Source: Camelus ferus (lineage: Eukaryota). From it: 64,000 bases of DNA. Where the stretch lies: assembly GCF_009834535.1 (NCBI RefSeq), contig NC_045707.1, forward strand, positions 11,532,001 through 11,596,000, read 5' to 3'. Made by a program: the position numbers and the translations under genes. Each line of letters opens with the position of its first letter. Position 1 is the stretch's first letter. The notes beneath the pieces are model-generated. The model saw only the letters and a list, made by a program, of their open reading frames with translations. It ran no database searches and was not told the origin of the DNA. Below, piece by piece: positions 1-12,480 of this stretch.

Positions 1-43
1 TGTGTCAGTGCCCCGCGTCCCAGACATCGAAGGACCCCTCCCA

Positions 44-44
<1 letters not shown>

Positions 45-76
<32 letters not shown>
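45..76. repeat. (CA)16 microsatellite
   Basis: Uninterrupted CA run read directly. Confidence 0.95.
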
Positions 77-79
<3 letters not shown>

Positions 80-3000
80 CTCCAGGTGCCTGTCTGCACG
101 CCTCCGGACACGTGTGCACGTCAGCCCAGATGACCCCAGGAGGCGGCAGGCTTGCAGGCTCCGATGCCTGGGAGGAGTGGGCGGGGAGGTGGGCGATCAC
201 CTGATCGCTCACACCTTGTCCAAAGCGGCGTTTGGGGGAAGACCCTCTTGCTGGAGACCAGGGCGGTTTTGCTTGTGTTTTTTGTTTGTTTGTTTTCACT
301 ATATTCCTAACAAACTGTGTGGCACCCCTCTGGGAAGTTTGGTTGTCTGACTGAATCAGGACGACCTTGAAGGCTCCCATGGATGGGGACCCACCTCTGC
401 CATTGGGCCCCTGTCCACGGACACGTTTCCTTCAAACTTTGCTTGGCCTCCTCTTGAGCGAGGGGAGTTCCCACAGCCAGACCCTGTCTCGGGGGCACAG
501 GGAACGGGAGCCACGCCCCAGAGACCGGCTCGGCATCTTCCCAAATCCTCGACCTGACGTGGGTCCCTCGCCAGCCCAGCCCTAGTGGCCCTGGCTCAGC
601 GGTCACCTCTCCATAATGACATCCCCCCTCCCCCAGCCCCGCCCCCACGCCCACCGCTCTGTCCCTCAGGTGTCCGTCGGGCTCCTCCGAGAAGCTCCGG
701 CCCCGGCAGAGCCGGCCCGGGTGAGGCCCTCGGAGAGCGTCTGTTGAATCTGGCCCTGCACTGGGCACGATCTGCCCTGTAGGGCGACGCCAGGGTCCTC
801 GCCTCACACCCTCTGCCAGAAAGAAAAAGGCATTCGGGGCAAAGAGCAGGCCCGCTGGTCAGCGGCCCGCCTGAAAGCGGGGAGGCCCGGGCCCTGGGTC
901 TGGCGGGCGGCACCACAGGCCGGCCCCCCTGCCGCTCCCAGCACATCCCCACCACCCCCACGTCAGACCCACAGGGTTGTCCTTTTTTCCACGACTCTCG
1001 CTGGAAGGTGAGAGATTGCTGCTGTCACAGCTTCGTCTATTGCATGGAAATGCTGCTGGAGACCGGGGAGCAGAGGGCTCTCTGAGGGGTGTGCCTGTCC
1101 GCCAGTCAGAGCTGCACCAGAAACCAAGGGGCCTGCGCACGTGACGTGGGTTTTCACCGTTCGGCGCTGAAAACCTGGAGGGTCCATAGCTGACGCGTGC
1201 TGCCGGCCCAGACAGCAGCCTCACGACCCTGTTCTTGCCCTGCTGAGGCCCTGGCCACACTTGGCTTCCGAAGAGAGACAGGCACCTCTCACTGCGGCGG
1301 GTGGGCGATCTGAGGGATGGAAGTCCACTTCCGGTGAAGAATTCAGGGCCCGGGGGCAATCAGAACTGGACCCCCTGCTCCCCGCCACCAGCAGCCGCTG
1401 GGCAGGGTGGCTGACCCCAGCTGATTCACCCAAGATAAAAAAGAGATTAGGGTTCTTTGCCGGTTTCTGGGTTTTGGAGTGAAGACCCAGCCCACGGGCT
1501 TTCCACAAGGGTCACCTGCCTAACCAGAGCCACAGCTTCCCGGGAAGAGGGAGTGGCCCTCGGTCAAGGTCCTTAAAGACAATCTGAAGCGCAGGCCCTC
1601 ACACACCCTCCCCGGGGAGGCCGAGGCCGCCCGTCTGCCTGAAACAAACACGTGTTTTCCTGGGAATTATAAGCAAACAAACCGAAGCTGCCAGTAGATT
1701 CACTGAACATAGAAAAGCACAGAAAAGACACTGCAACCTACAGATGCAGGTGCGGGGCATGCAGGTCAGCAGGTCGCACGGGCGGCGGGGACGTGGACGC
1801 CATGGGGGAGCGCGCGTCCCAGCCAGCCATCAACGCCGTCTCTCCCGCTTCCGACAAGAGAAACACACTTTCTTCACGGGATATTGTGTTTTCAGTGAGT
1901 CTAGTAATGAAATTTTTAAAAACCCAGTGATGTTGATCCAAATTTTAGCCGGGAAGCCTGCTATTAAAATTGATAACACCAGCCTAACGTGTTCTCAGTT
2001 ATGGGAGCAGGAGGTGATAAATCTTGGAAATTTGCATTGAATAAAAACGTTTTGGAGGATGCTTTGTAGTCAGGAAGATGAGCTGGCTTTCTGATTGGCT
2101 GCTACAGTGCAGAAGAATCAAAATAAACGCTGGGACTGCGCGCACAGCTCAGGGGAAGCGCTGGCGTGGTGCACGGCTTTCTTGTTCGGCTCTCGAGCGT
2201 TTACCGCCAATCACTTAGTGCCATTGACCGGGATCTGCAGTGCCCGCAGGCGCGGGGGCTGCGCTTATGGAGCCGTGAGCCCCGCCCCGGCCGGCTGCTC
2301 CGCCCCCGGACACCCGCGGGGAGGGTTCCCAGGGGGTGATTTTCCACAATCCACGCTCGGGAGGCTGCATCCACGCACCTGCCCCTCGGTGAGCTCCCGC
2401 GGAGGCTGGACGCCTGGCCCCGCACAGACCTGCTCGGGGAGTCGCGTTCTCTTCCGGTGGGCCCCTCTCCCTGGAAGGGAGACCCGAAGTTCCCACTTAC
2501 TTCGGGGCTTCTACTTCCTTCCTGTGAATAGACGCTGTTTTCATGATCATGTCAACAGGCCATAAACATGAATAAGGTTGCGTGTGATGACTGAGGTCCG
2601 GATATTAAAGTGAAACTTCAGGATGAGGAGAGAGTGATCACAGAGGGCGCCTGGATGAGCGTGACGCCAGGGCACACAGGCACCTACTCAAATGTCACGG
2701 CCGGGATCCTCCATGCCCCTCATCATCCTGGCCCTGGCACAGAATGGGAGCTGACGCCTGTCCCTCAGAGACCACCTCGCTGGGCGCACACCTCCCCTGG
2801 GCTGCAGCCTCTGCTCCCTCCTCTGGGGCCTCCCAGGGGGCCCCCCAGAGGTGCTTCCGTCCCGGCGCCCTTAAGACCCAAGCCAGCGCGGTGATGTCGG
2901 TCTTCGCCTGGCCTCTCCTGGAAGGAGCTCCCCCAGCGGACACAGGAATGTCTCCTCCAGCCCTGGGCGTGTGTGCACATAAGTTCTGTTTTCCTTTTCA

Positions 3001-3493
3001 GAACCCAAACCCAAAAGCCTGCCTGTTCCAGCTACCAGGCTGACTACTCCGGGCACAAGGACCAGAGCTGCTGAAGGCACGGCGGCGGCAGCCCCGCAGG
3101 ACCAGGTTCCACACCCCGAGCCCTGCCGGCCGGGGCCTGCCCCGGCGTGCTGCCTTTCTGTTTCCTTCCCCTCACTGACAGCGATCGTAACCGTGGGGTG
3201 TTCGGTGCTAACTTGCCTGTGCCCCGGGTTCCGTCCCTGAGGTGAGCACAGCCCTTCCCTGAGCTGTGGCCCCAGCACCCAGCCCCGGGCGGCGCTGGCG
3301 GGCGGGGTGGCTGCCAGCGGGCACAGGGTGCTTTTCCAGGGTGAAACATCCCGGAATTAGACCCTGATAACAGCAGCACAGCTCTGCGAGCCGCTGTGCT
3401 AAACCCACTGACTGCTTTCAATGGTGGATGTTAACACACACACATGTATGTTAACATCTATATAGAGAGAGATCTCAATTTTTAAAAAGTGTT

Positions 3494-6400
3494 TGCTTCA
3501 GACAAGATGGTGCAGGCCTGCTTCTCCCTGGTCTTTCCTATTAAGCAGGAACAGACGCTCTGGAAGCAGAGCAAGAGATGATCAAACCAGGACTCCAGGA
3601 ACGGCGAGCAGGCAGCCCTGCTGAGGGGCCCCAGGACTCGGGGAGGAGCACGGTGCCGGGGGTCTCATGCCCCCCACCCAGCAGAAGATGGAAACCGAGT
3701 CCCCGACTCTCTGCTCCCTCGCCTGTAGTGTCAGGCAGCCCCGCTGGGCTCACTCCGCCCGACCCGGGGAAGCTCCCTGACAGCATCAGGCGGCCGGGCC
3801 CCTGGCCAGGGGATTAATCGTGGTTCCTGCCCACACGGCAGCCCAGGGGCCCGCTCCTTGCTAAGACTGAGACTCCCTTTTCTGCTGAAAGGTCCAGAGG
3901 CAAGTCAGCCAAGCTGGCAGAGGAGGCCCAGCTGCAGAGAAAGGCTGTCTTTCCCTCCCCTGCCCTGAGACTGGAGTGGCAGGGGGTCAGGTGGGCATCA
4001 CGTCCCCCCACGAAAGCCAGCAGCCTGCCTGAGGAGACTCCTTCCTCCCTCTGGACAGAACCGACCAGAACCAGCGTGAGCCCCCCGGCACTAGGCAAGC
4101 CAAGAACACCCAAGTAAATGACAAAGTCTGAAAATTACACCGTCAGTGGGACCACAGCACACAAACGTCGGCCAGGACCCGCATTCCAAACACAGACAGG
4201 GTGCCCGCCTGCTGAAATAAAAGGTTTAAGTGAGACCCGGAGTCTCCGGGCATTATGATCAAAATGTCCAGGATACAACTGAAATCACCCATCATTAAAA
4301 ACACTAGGAGAATCACAGCTTGAGTGAGGAAAGACAATAGAGCGACATCAAGAGCAAGATGAAAAGGACGTTGAAGTTGTCGGACAAGGAGTTGAGAGTA
4401 GGGCTCATAAAACGCTTCACCGATCAGTCACAAATTCCCTTGAAACAAGTGAAAGACCAGAAAACCTCGGCAATAAAACAGATTTATGAAAAAGAACCAA
4501 AGGGAGGTTACAGAGCTGAAAATACAGGAACACAAGCACTTGCCGGGTGGGCTCAATACGAGCGGAGAGATAACAGGGAACAGAGTCGATGAACTTGAGG
4601 GCAGAACATAGAATTTACCCGAGAGGGAGAGAGAAATCAGCAGGAAGCAGAAATGAGCAGTGCCTCCGGGACCTGTGGGAAAGTGACAAAAGATCCAACA
4701 TTCTTATCACCGCGGTGCCAGAGGAAAGGAGGAAGACAGCGGGGCTAAGGGAGCTTTTGAAGAAGTAAGAGTTGAAAGCAGCCCAGATTTGGCAAAAGAC
4801 ACAAACATGCAGATCCAAGAGAGTGGGGCAAACACAAACAGATTAACCCAAAGAAGTCCGCACCAAAACACATCGTAATTAAAATTCTGAAAACTGAAGG
4901 AACAGAACAACTTCTTGAAGTCAGCCAGAGAGAAGTGGCTCCGCCGCCTACGGGAGAACACCAGTCTGCGTGAGAGGATTTCCCACCCGAAGCCACGGAG
5001 ACCGGGAGTACGTGCTGCAGCATCGTCCAGTTGCTGAAAGAAGAGTTAACTGTGGATTCTGTATCCGGCAAAACCGTCCTTCAGGAATGAAGGAGCCACG
5101 AAAACACCCTCAGATGAAGAGGAAACAAAGCATCTGCCGCTACTAGAAGACCTGCTCTTGAGATTGGCTGAGTGCGTTCCTCAAACGGAAAGGAAATGAC
5201 AAACGAAGGAATCTTCAGCATCGGGAGGAAAAGGAACAGAAGAAAGAACAGAAAGATGAGCACACACAGTAGAATTTTATGAGTGACATTGGATGATTAA
5301 AGCAAAAACGGTAAGTCTGCCTAATAGCCAAGATCACGATATACAAAAGTGAGGGAGACAAAAGCACCTAAATTTAGGGAGGATTCCACACTTCACTTGA
5401 AGGGATAAAATGCTGGTCCCCGTGGGCTGACAAAGTCACACATGCTCATTAAAACGCTCAGAAGAACCACTACAAAACTGTACAAAATGATATCCCAAAG
5501 CCACTAGATGAATCAAGACAAAATCCTAAACATAATCAAATGACTCAGAGGAATGAGATTTAAAAAAAAAAAAGGAAAATAAAATGGCAGACCCTAGCAC
5601 CAACAGGTCAATAATTGCCTTAAACATAAATGGTTTCAATACGCACAGAAAAATGGAGATTTGCAGAGTGACTAAGACAAAACAAAACACAATCCAGCTG
5701 TATACTGCCTCTAAGAAAGTCACTTTATAGTCAGTGGAATAGGCAAGCAGAAGGTAAGAGGATGGAAAAATATATGCACCATGCACCATGCCCCACGCAG
5801 ACATCAACTGAGGGGAAAAAGCCGTGTCACCAGGGGCTGGGGTGGGGACGGGGGTGTCATGTAAAGGACACAGAGTTTCAGTATGATGAGATGACAAGGG
5901 CTTCAGAGATGGATGGTGGTGGTGGGTGCACAATATGATGACTGTATTAGTACCACTGAACTGGACCCTTAAAAATGGCTAAGATGGTCCACTGTTTCTT
6001 ACGTATATTTTGTCACAATAAAACAATTGAAAAAAACTGATGGAGTTGAAAGGAGAAAAGGTGAACCCATGGGTAGAGTTGGGAACTTTAATATTGCCCT
6101 CTTGGCAACTGAGAGGACTCTAAGACAGAAAATCCTCAGGGACACGGAAGGTCAGAAATACACAATGAAAAACGAGACCTAATTGACAACATCCAGAACA
6201 GCACCGCAGGAGACGTACGATTTTTCAAGGGCTTGAGGGCCATTAATCAAGGTAGAGCATATCCTGGGCCAAGTTTAAAAACAAATTTAAAAGTATTGAC
6301 ACCAGAAGAGTGTTCTCTTTGGCCAGAAGGGAATCAAACTAGAAATCGATAACAAAGAATATATTTTAATACATGGGAATTAAACAGTGCACTTCTAAAT

Positions 6401-7680
6401 AATCCATAGGTTGAAGAGGAAGTCTCAAAAGAAATTAAAAAATACATAGACCCAATGGAAACAAAAATACATCAAAATTTGTGGGATGCAGTTAACTCAG
6501 TGCTGAGAATGGAATTTGTAATACTGAATGCTTAGGTAAGAAATGACTGTTCTCAAGTCAATGATCAAAATTACTTCAAGGATCTAGGAAAAGAAGCAAA
6601 CTAAACCCAAAGGAAGCGGAAGGAAATAAATAATGAGACCAGAAAACAATGAAATTAAAAACAGGAAAAAAAGAGAAAAACCTGGTTCTTTTTAAAAAAT
6701 CAACAAAATTAGTAGACTTCTATCAAGATTGAAAAAAATTAAGAGTAAAGAACAAATCGCCAATATTAAAAGTGCGACAGAGGCCATCACTACGGCCTTT
6801 AAAGACGTGATAGAGACAGACTACAAAGTTTACTCTCATGCATTCTCCCATGCAGATTAATTCCTTGAAACTGCAAAATACCAAAACAGCCAGGATGAAG
6901 TAAACCATCTAAACAGATCTATAATCCTCAAAATTTTTAAAATTGTAATTGAAAAGTTCCTGAGAAAGCGATCTTCAGGCTCCGATAGGTTCAATGGAGA
7001 ATTCTACAAATTTCTTAAAGAAGAACTAATACTAATTTTATGCAACATCTTCCAAAAATGCTTCTGGAGCACGTGGACTCCCACCGGCAAAGCAATGAGC
7101 TTCCACCTGAACTTCAAATCTTACAAAAGTTAACTCAAAGTAGATCATGGACTCACACATAAAATGTAAAATTACAGTCTTTAATCAAAAAAAAAAAAAA
7201 TAGGAGAAAAATTTCAGGCTCCATGGCTTGGCAAACAGTCCTCGAACCTGACACCACTGCACAGACCCAGGAAGGAGACAGCTGATCCACTAAGCCTCGT
7301 CAGGACGCACACGCCATCCTCTGCGCGCGTCCACGGGAGGAGGACGAGAAGGCAGGCCAGCAACCACAAGCCGCCTGGGGAAAATGCTTGTGAACCGCGT
7401 TCCGACACAGGACTAATAGCGAAAACACCCAGTGAGCCCTCAGCATCTAGCACAGGAAGCAAACACTCGGCTGGCAGTGGGCACAAGGCACGGACAGGCG
7501 TTCCCCTGAGGAGCCTGCACGGACAGCAAACAGCCACGTGTAAAGATGCTGGGCTTCATTAGCTCTCGAGAAGATGCGAAGGGAACCCGCAGTGAGATCT
7601 CACTGCATTTACTGGACATAAAAAAGTCAGCAGGTGTGTAGAGACCCCCAAACAAATTCAAGGATCACCACGCAGGCGTA
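3494..7680 (+). mobile_element. Ancient near-full-length LINE-1 relic (L1MC/L1MD-like): 5' end, ORF1, ORF2 endonuclease, internal deletion, ORF2 C-terminal part
   Basis: CAAGATGG at 3503-3510 in an L1M-like 5' end. ORF1 relic (track ORF 4359-4592 LKLSDKELRVGLIK resembles L1 LELSDKDFKAAIIK; ...aagaagtccgcaccaaaacacatcgtaattaaaattctgaaa). ORF2 start ATGGCAGA at 5584 with endonuclease-like sequence (ataattgccttaaacataaatgg; atccagctgtatactgcctctaagaaagtcac; gtagagcatatcctgggcc). Jumps to ORF2 C-terminal sequence near 7072. Many stops and frameshifts. Confidence 0.85.
5808..6037 (+). mobile_element. Nested L1MB-like 3'-end fragment inserted in the older L1 ORF2
   Basis: Typical L1M 3' UTR end (gagatggatggtggtggtgggtgcacaatatg...accactgaactggacccttaaaaatggctaagatgg...cacaataaaa) ending in an A-run, after which the host endonuclease sequence (ctgatggagttgaaaggagaaaag) resumes. 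Confidence 0.75.
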
Positions 7681-9080
7681 GAGGACACCGCCCGGGGCAC
7701 TCTCACGTGCGTTCCTCCTTTGGGGTCTGGAGCCTAAGGGCAGAGAAGAGGAAGTCCCCATACTTCAGAGGCTCAGGCTTGCTCACGGCCCCCTGGACGT
7801 AGGAAGGGGACCTGGGGGACGCCCTGCCACCCCTTAGCACCAGCCTGTCACTGCAGCTCCTTCCCCTCCCCACCGGCTCCTGGCCTGGGTTTCTGATGAG
7901 AGATGTGGGAGTGAAAGGCAGATCGATGTGAGGGTCAGGGAACCCCGGGTTCCGTGCTAGACCCTTTGATTGAGACCATTGGTAGCAGGGCTGCTGGAAT
8001 CTCCCAGCAGCGGGGGAACCACCAGCCCCGGCAGGGAAACCCACGACCGGTTCTGTCTCCCTCCCAGCCCTGCGATGAGGGGCTGGGCCAGTGTGTGGGA
8101 AGGGGACCCGAGGGACGGCCAGCGTCATCCAGCACAGGACTCTCCGCCCTGCTGTCCTCTCACAGGTGGGGGCAGCTGCCCAGAGCCAGGCGTCCCCTCT
8201 CCAGCTCACAGATTTGTCTCCTTGAAGTTGAAATAAATCAGGGGCAGTGCTGTCCAGCAGCCGCCCTGTGTCCTTCGCTGTATGCAGAGCCTCTGGGACA
8301 CGGGACAGAAGCCCAGGACCTCCAGGCGCTGCCTTCAAAGACAGAGGCTGTGCCTTCACACCGGACAGACTAAGCTTCAGTGAGCACACACACGTCCGTG
8401 CTGGGGGCTGCTTGCCGAGGGCTGCTGGGGGGCTTCTCAGGGCGGACAGACAGCCTCGTCTCCGTCCTGGAGCCTGAGCCTGCTGGGAAGTGGGCTGTGA
8501 GAGCGGCAGAGGGACATCGCTGTTGGCTTTGTGGTCCCAGAGCCAACGGGAGAAGTGGATTCAGGTCGCATCCTACTGGGCTGACAGCCCCCCACCCCAC
8601 CCGCCCCACCAGGCACAGCCCCCCGTGGCGTGGAGGGAGACTTAGGTCCCCGCATCAGGCCACCTGCCGCCACGTCTGGGGAACGGTCCCCCCAGAGCTG
8701 CAGCTGAAATGACCGGTCCGGGGCCTGTCCGAGCAGGTCCCCACGCTCCCCAGGCCAGAGTGCAGGCTCGGGTCCAGCCCCAGGGGCCCGGCAGCGCGTC
8801 CGGCTGAGCCTTCCCGCCAACCTCCCACCCTGCAACTCCTACACCAAAATGTTCTTTTTGGCCTAGAACATTTAGAAGATTTTTGCAAATGCAAATGCAC
8901 TGCAGGGAAAATCAGATCTCATTACAGACTCGCTGAACAACTGGGCTTCTCCCCCACAAAATGTAAATTAAGACTTGACAGCCAAATATTTCTTATCTGA
9001 AGAAAAAAAAAGTCATCACAGAGGGTCCTATCCATGAGCTGCATGTGGCCAGGCCTAAGAAGATACCTCGGATTTGAAAC

Positions 9081-9204
9081 AGGAGGACAGGTGGGGGGGA
9101 GGGGAGGGCAGGTGAGGGAGGGAGGGAGGGGAGGGCGGGTGGGGGAGGGGGTGCGGGTGGGGGAGGGGAGGGTGGAGGAGGGCAGGGCAGGTGAGGGAGG
9201 GGGG
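9081..9204 (+). repeat. G-rich purine low-complexity tract (G4/H-DNA potential)
   Basis: Almost only GGGA/GGGC/GGGT units. Confidence 0.85.
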
Positions 9205-11789
9205 CTCCAAGTCGGTACCACCACCGTCCCTGTGTCCTGGTCGCCCAGGAAGAGCCCTGCCCGGGGTGCCCTCATCCTGGAATGCACCTCCTTGGCCCCA
9301 ACCACACCCGCACTGCAGTACTCACTCCTCCAGCCCTCATGCAGAAAACACCTCTGGCCCACTCAGATCGTCTGTCTCCTCTTCGAGCAGCTTCAAACTT
9401 GCCTGAACAGACATCAAGGCCTCTGCGCGTCTGTGACCCCCGCCAGGCTGGGGGCCAGCCTAGCGCCCAGACCTGCCCTCCCCGCTGCCGCCCCCTCTGC
9501 AGCCCCCGCGGCGCTTCTGCCCCCAGGACGACGCTGGGAGGGGCGGCTGAGGCACCGCGAGGCTCCGGGCCCTGGCTTGGGTGGTTTTGCTTCCAGGTGG
9601 CTCAGAAAACTGAACTGCACGTAATTCACCCCTAACATCCCACGCGCTAACCTTCGTTAGTGCCTTCATGATCCGCGTGCGGAGATGGCCACGCCCTCCG
9701 TCTTAGGCTTCAGACTACGTATCCGAACATGTTTTGAGAGAAAGCATGAAATTGCTTCTTTTAGTAGAACAATCAGACCCGTTTATGAAGACACAGTGCT
9801 GAGGGGTTTCAGCCGAACCTTCCCCTCGTCCCCAGACGAACCACGTCCGCAGAATTGGCTGGTTGTCAACACCTGGGCCATTCCTTCAGCAAATTCAGAT
9901 CCCATTTTCCTCAGTAAGTCTATTTTGCTGTGATTAGTAAATACAGAGCGAGGCCGGTCATTTTAAGCGCTTCTCCCCGTCTTTGCACAGGAATCGCAGG
10001 GAGAACATGGGCTCAAAGCACGAGGGCTTTTCCTCTCCTTAAACACAAAGGGAGGCGAGAAGCAGAGAAATGTGACAAGATCACGTGTCCTGTTGTTTCA
10101 GCAAGGACTTCAGTTTTGCTCCTAATCCCGCTGAGAATTAGCCGCCGACGCCGCGTGCCTCAGCCAAGGGTAACCGGCCACACCCGGGTTCTCCTGGGAG
10201 CGTCCGGGTGCCAGCCCAGGCAGGCAGGGCTCTCCAGTAGCAAGCTGAGCAAGGCAGCCCCGGGGACGTGCGCGCGGGCTGAGCTAGAAGCGAGGGCAGC
10301 GGGGCCTGCGGGCGCACTCGCTGCGTGGGAGGCGGCGCAGGTCGGGGAAAGATGGATGCTTCTGGAAAGATGGCGTGTTCCGTGTCCTTGCTCACCCACC
10401 CCAGGCTTCTTTGGAAAACTCCAAACCAGAAGCAGAGGGTGGAAGTTTAGCTGCAAGTACCTCGGATGAGGCTCTGGGCCAGGCAGGTCCCGTGGCCTCA
10501 GCCCCAGCCCTGTCTGCACACGGGTGGCCGCGTGTGAGGCAGTGTCCCCGGGGAGGAGGGTGGACTCTGAGCCGAAGGCAACCTCTGAGATGACAATGTG
10601 CGGACTCAGCCTCTGGGGAGAACTCGGGGGCCCTGACTTGAGTCCCAGCGGCTGGTCTCCCAAGGGCGGAGTGGTTCTGACCCATCAAGACCCAGGACCG
10701 TGGGTTCCTGGTTCTCCTGAAGCTGATTCCCTCTGGCTGCGCTTGGGCTCTATTCTCTTATCTTGGAGACTCTGCCCTGGGGCCTCAGGGCTGAGTGGCC
10801 TTGTCACAAATGCACAACCAAGGACAGGGAGAAGGGGATCTCTGGCCCGGGGCGAGGTCACCTGGCACTGAGCAGTCGGGGCTCCCGCTGGTCCTCTAAC
10901 CAGGAGGCCCGCCCGTGTGTCCCAGCAGCCACCGCCCGGACCTTCCCCCGGGTCTGTGGTGGGGCCGCCATCCCCGGCTGCACGTGGGTCCTGAACTTCA
11001 TGAAGCATCGCACACCTTCTGCTGAATCACATCTAGGAGGGTGCCGGGGACACGCAGGAGTACTGGGGCGGCCCCAAGGGTGGGGAACACAGGCGGGGGT
11101 CACAGCCTTCGCTACCCAGGAAGCACCCTTGTGCGTGCACGACCTTATGATAGACCCACGGAGAGTGGGAGGAAGGGACGCAGTCCCCCACTGCCCACCC
11201 ATCTGCAAAGCTCGGTGCTCCTACCCAGCTGGTGGCCCGTGCTGGGCTCCAGGGATGTGAGGCCAGTGGGCAGCATGACCCCTGCCCCGAGAGGCTGGTT
11301 CATGTGAGGACCCCAATGCGTATTTGCCCATGGAATGAATGAATCCGGCCAGCCAGCGGCCAGCCCACAAGGGTCTACCGATTGCTGCTCTTACCTGCTC
11401 TGCTCAGGACCGCCTCCACGACCCAAGCGTAGCCAGAGCGAGAAGATGGATCACTCAGGTCAGTCACCAAAGGACCTGGAGGTCGTGGTGCCAACCTGCC
11501 ACTGTTTGGGTGCTGAGAAAAGCTGGTCCCCAACTGAGGTCACCCACACGGAGGGACGTCGGCCTCAGGGGGTGCCTTGAGGAGCTGGTTGCCTTGGAGC
11601 CAGGCACAGCTAGGGGAGAGGCCGTGGCGTCTCTTAGGGCCCGGTCCTTCATCCAGGGGCTTCCCTCACAGGCCGACACTCCCAAAGGGACAGAAACCAG
11701 CACCTCCCTCCTGCACGTTTGTTTGTTGTTTGTTTTTAGGGCTCAGACTGTTGATGGCTTTTAAGTCCATGCTCTAGGTTTTCCCCTTT

Positions 11790-12480
11790 AGTTAGCGCCC
11801 TGTGCAAAGACGTAAAAGAAGATTGGTAAGACTCTTTTGGGGAAAAAAGATGTTTCTCCAGGGGACCAGAAAGCCCCCAAGGGCAGGAAAGAGCACGAGG
11901 AGAGCCGCGGGCGACGCGGCACGGACGTGGCACAGGGCGGCACCGCGGGGCTGGGCGTGGCGACCATGCCCTGGGAGGACCGGCTCCTCAAACGGGAACA
12001 AATAGAAGTCATCTGTAAGTTACGTCCAAAAACATGAAATGCCCAGTGGGGTGAAGACCTAATTTTGTAACTAACGTTTTACGACGTTTAGGAGAAAACG
12101 TGGGGTCAGATCCTCACGACCGTCAAGACAGGTTAAAAACGAAGACGCCCAAGAAGAAGGGGACACGACTGCCTCGTGCAAATACGCGGGACTGAGTTTC
12201 TGTGGAACGAGAGGCAGCGCTGCGAGAAGACGGGCCTCAGCCCGGGGGCGGCACGGCGGTGGCGCGGCTGGCGCCGGGTGGCGCTCAGAGCACCCAAAGC
12301 CTTGCGACGGAGAAGGTTAGACACAGACAACTGAATCGAGCCCCAGGTGAAGGACGTGCGCAGACGTTTCACGGAAGGGGCAAAAAGGTAAAGGCCAACG
12401 ACATTCGAAAAATTCTGAACTTGGTGGTAAGCAGAAAAATAGAAAGTCAGGCAACATGACATGAAATCTCACCCTCTGGG
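11790..12480 (+). mobile_element. Old L1 ORF2 3'-region relic, strongly GC-shifted
   Basis: Recognisable L1 blocks: ttaggagaaaacgtggggtcagatcctcacgac; aaggacgtgcgcagacgtttcacggaagg; aaggccaacgacattcgaaaaattctgaac; gaaaaatagaaagtcaggcaacatgacatgaaatctcacc. Confidence 0.7.

Noticed and set aside
2143-2196. Degenerate tRNA/SINE-like head (cagctcaggggaagcgc...gtgcacg...gttc)
   Set aside because: Only scattered short matches, non-canonical B-box, no tail or cloverleaf.
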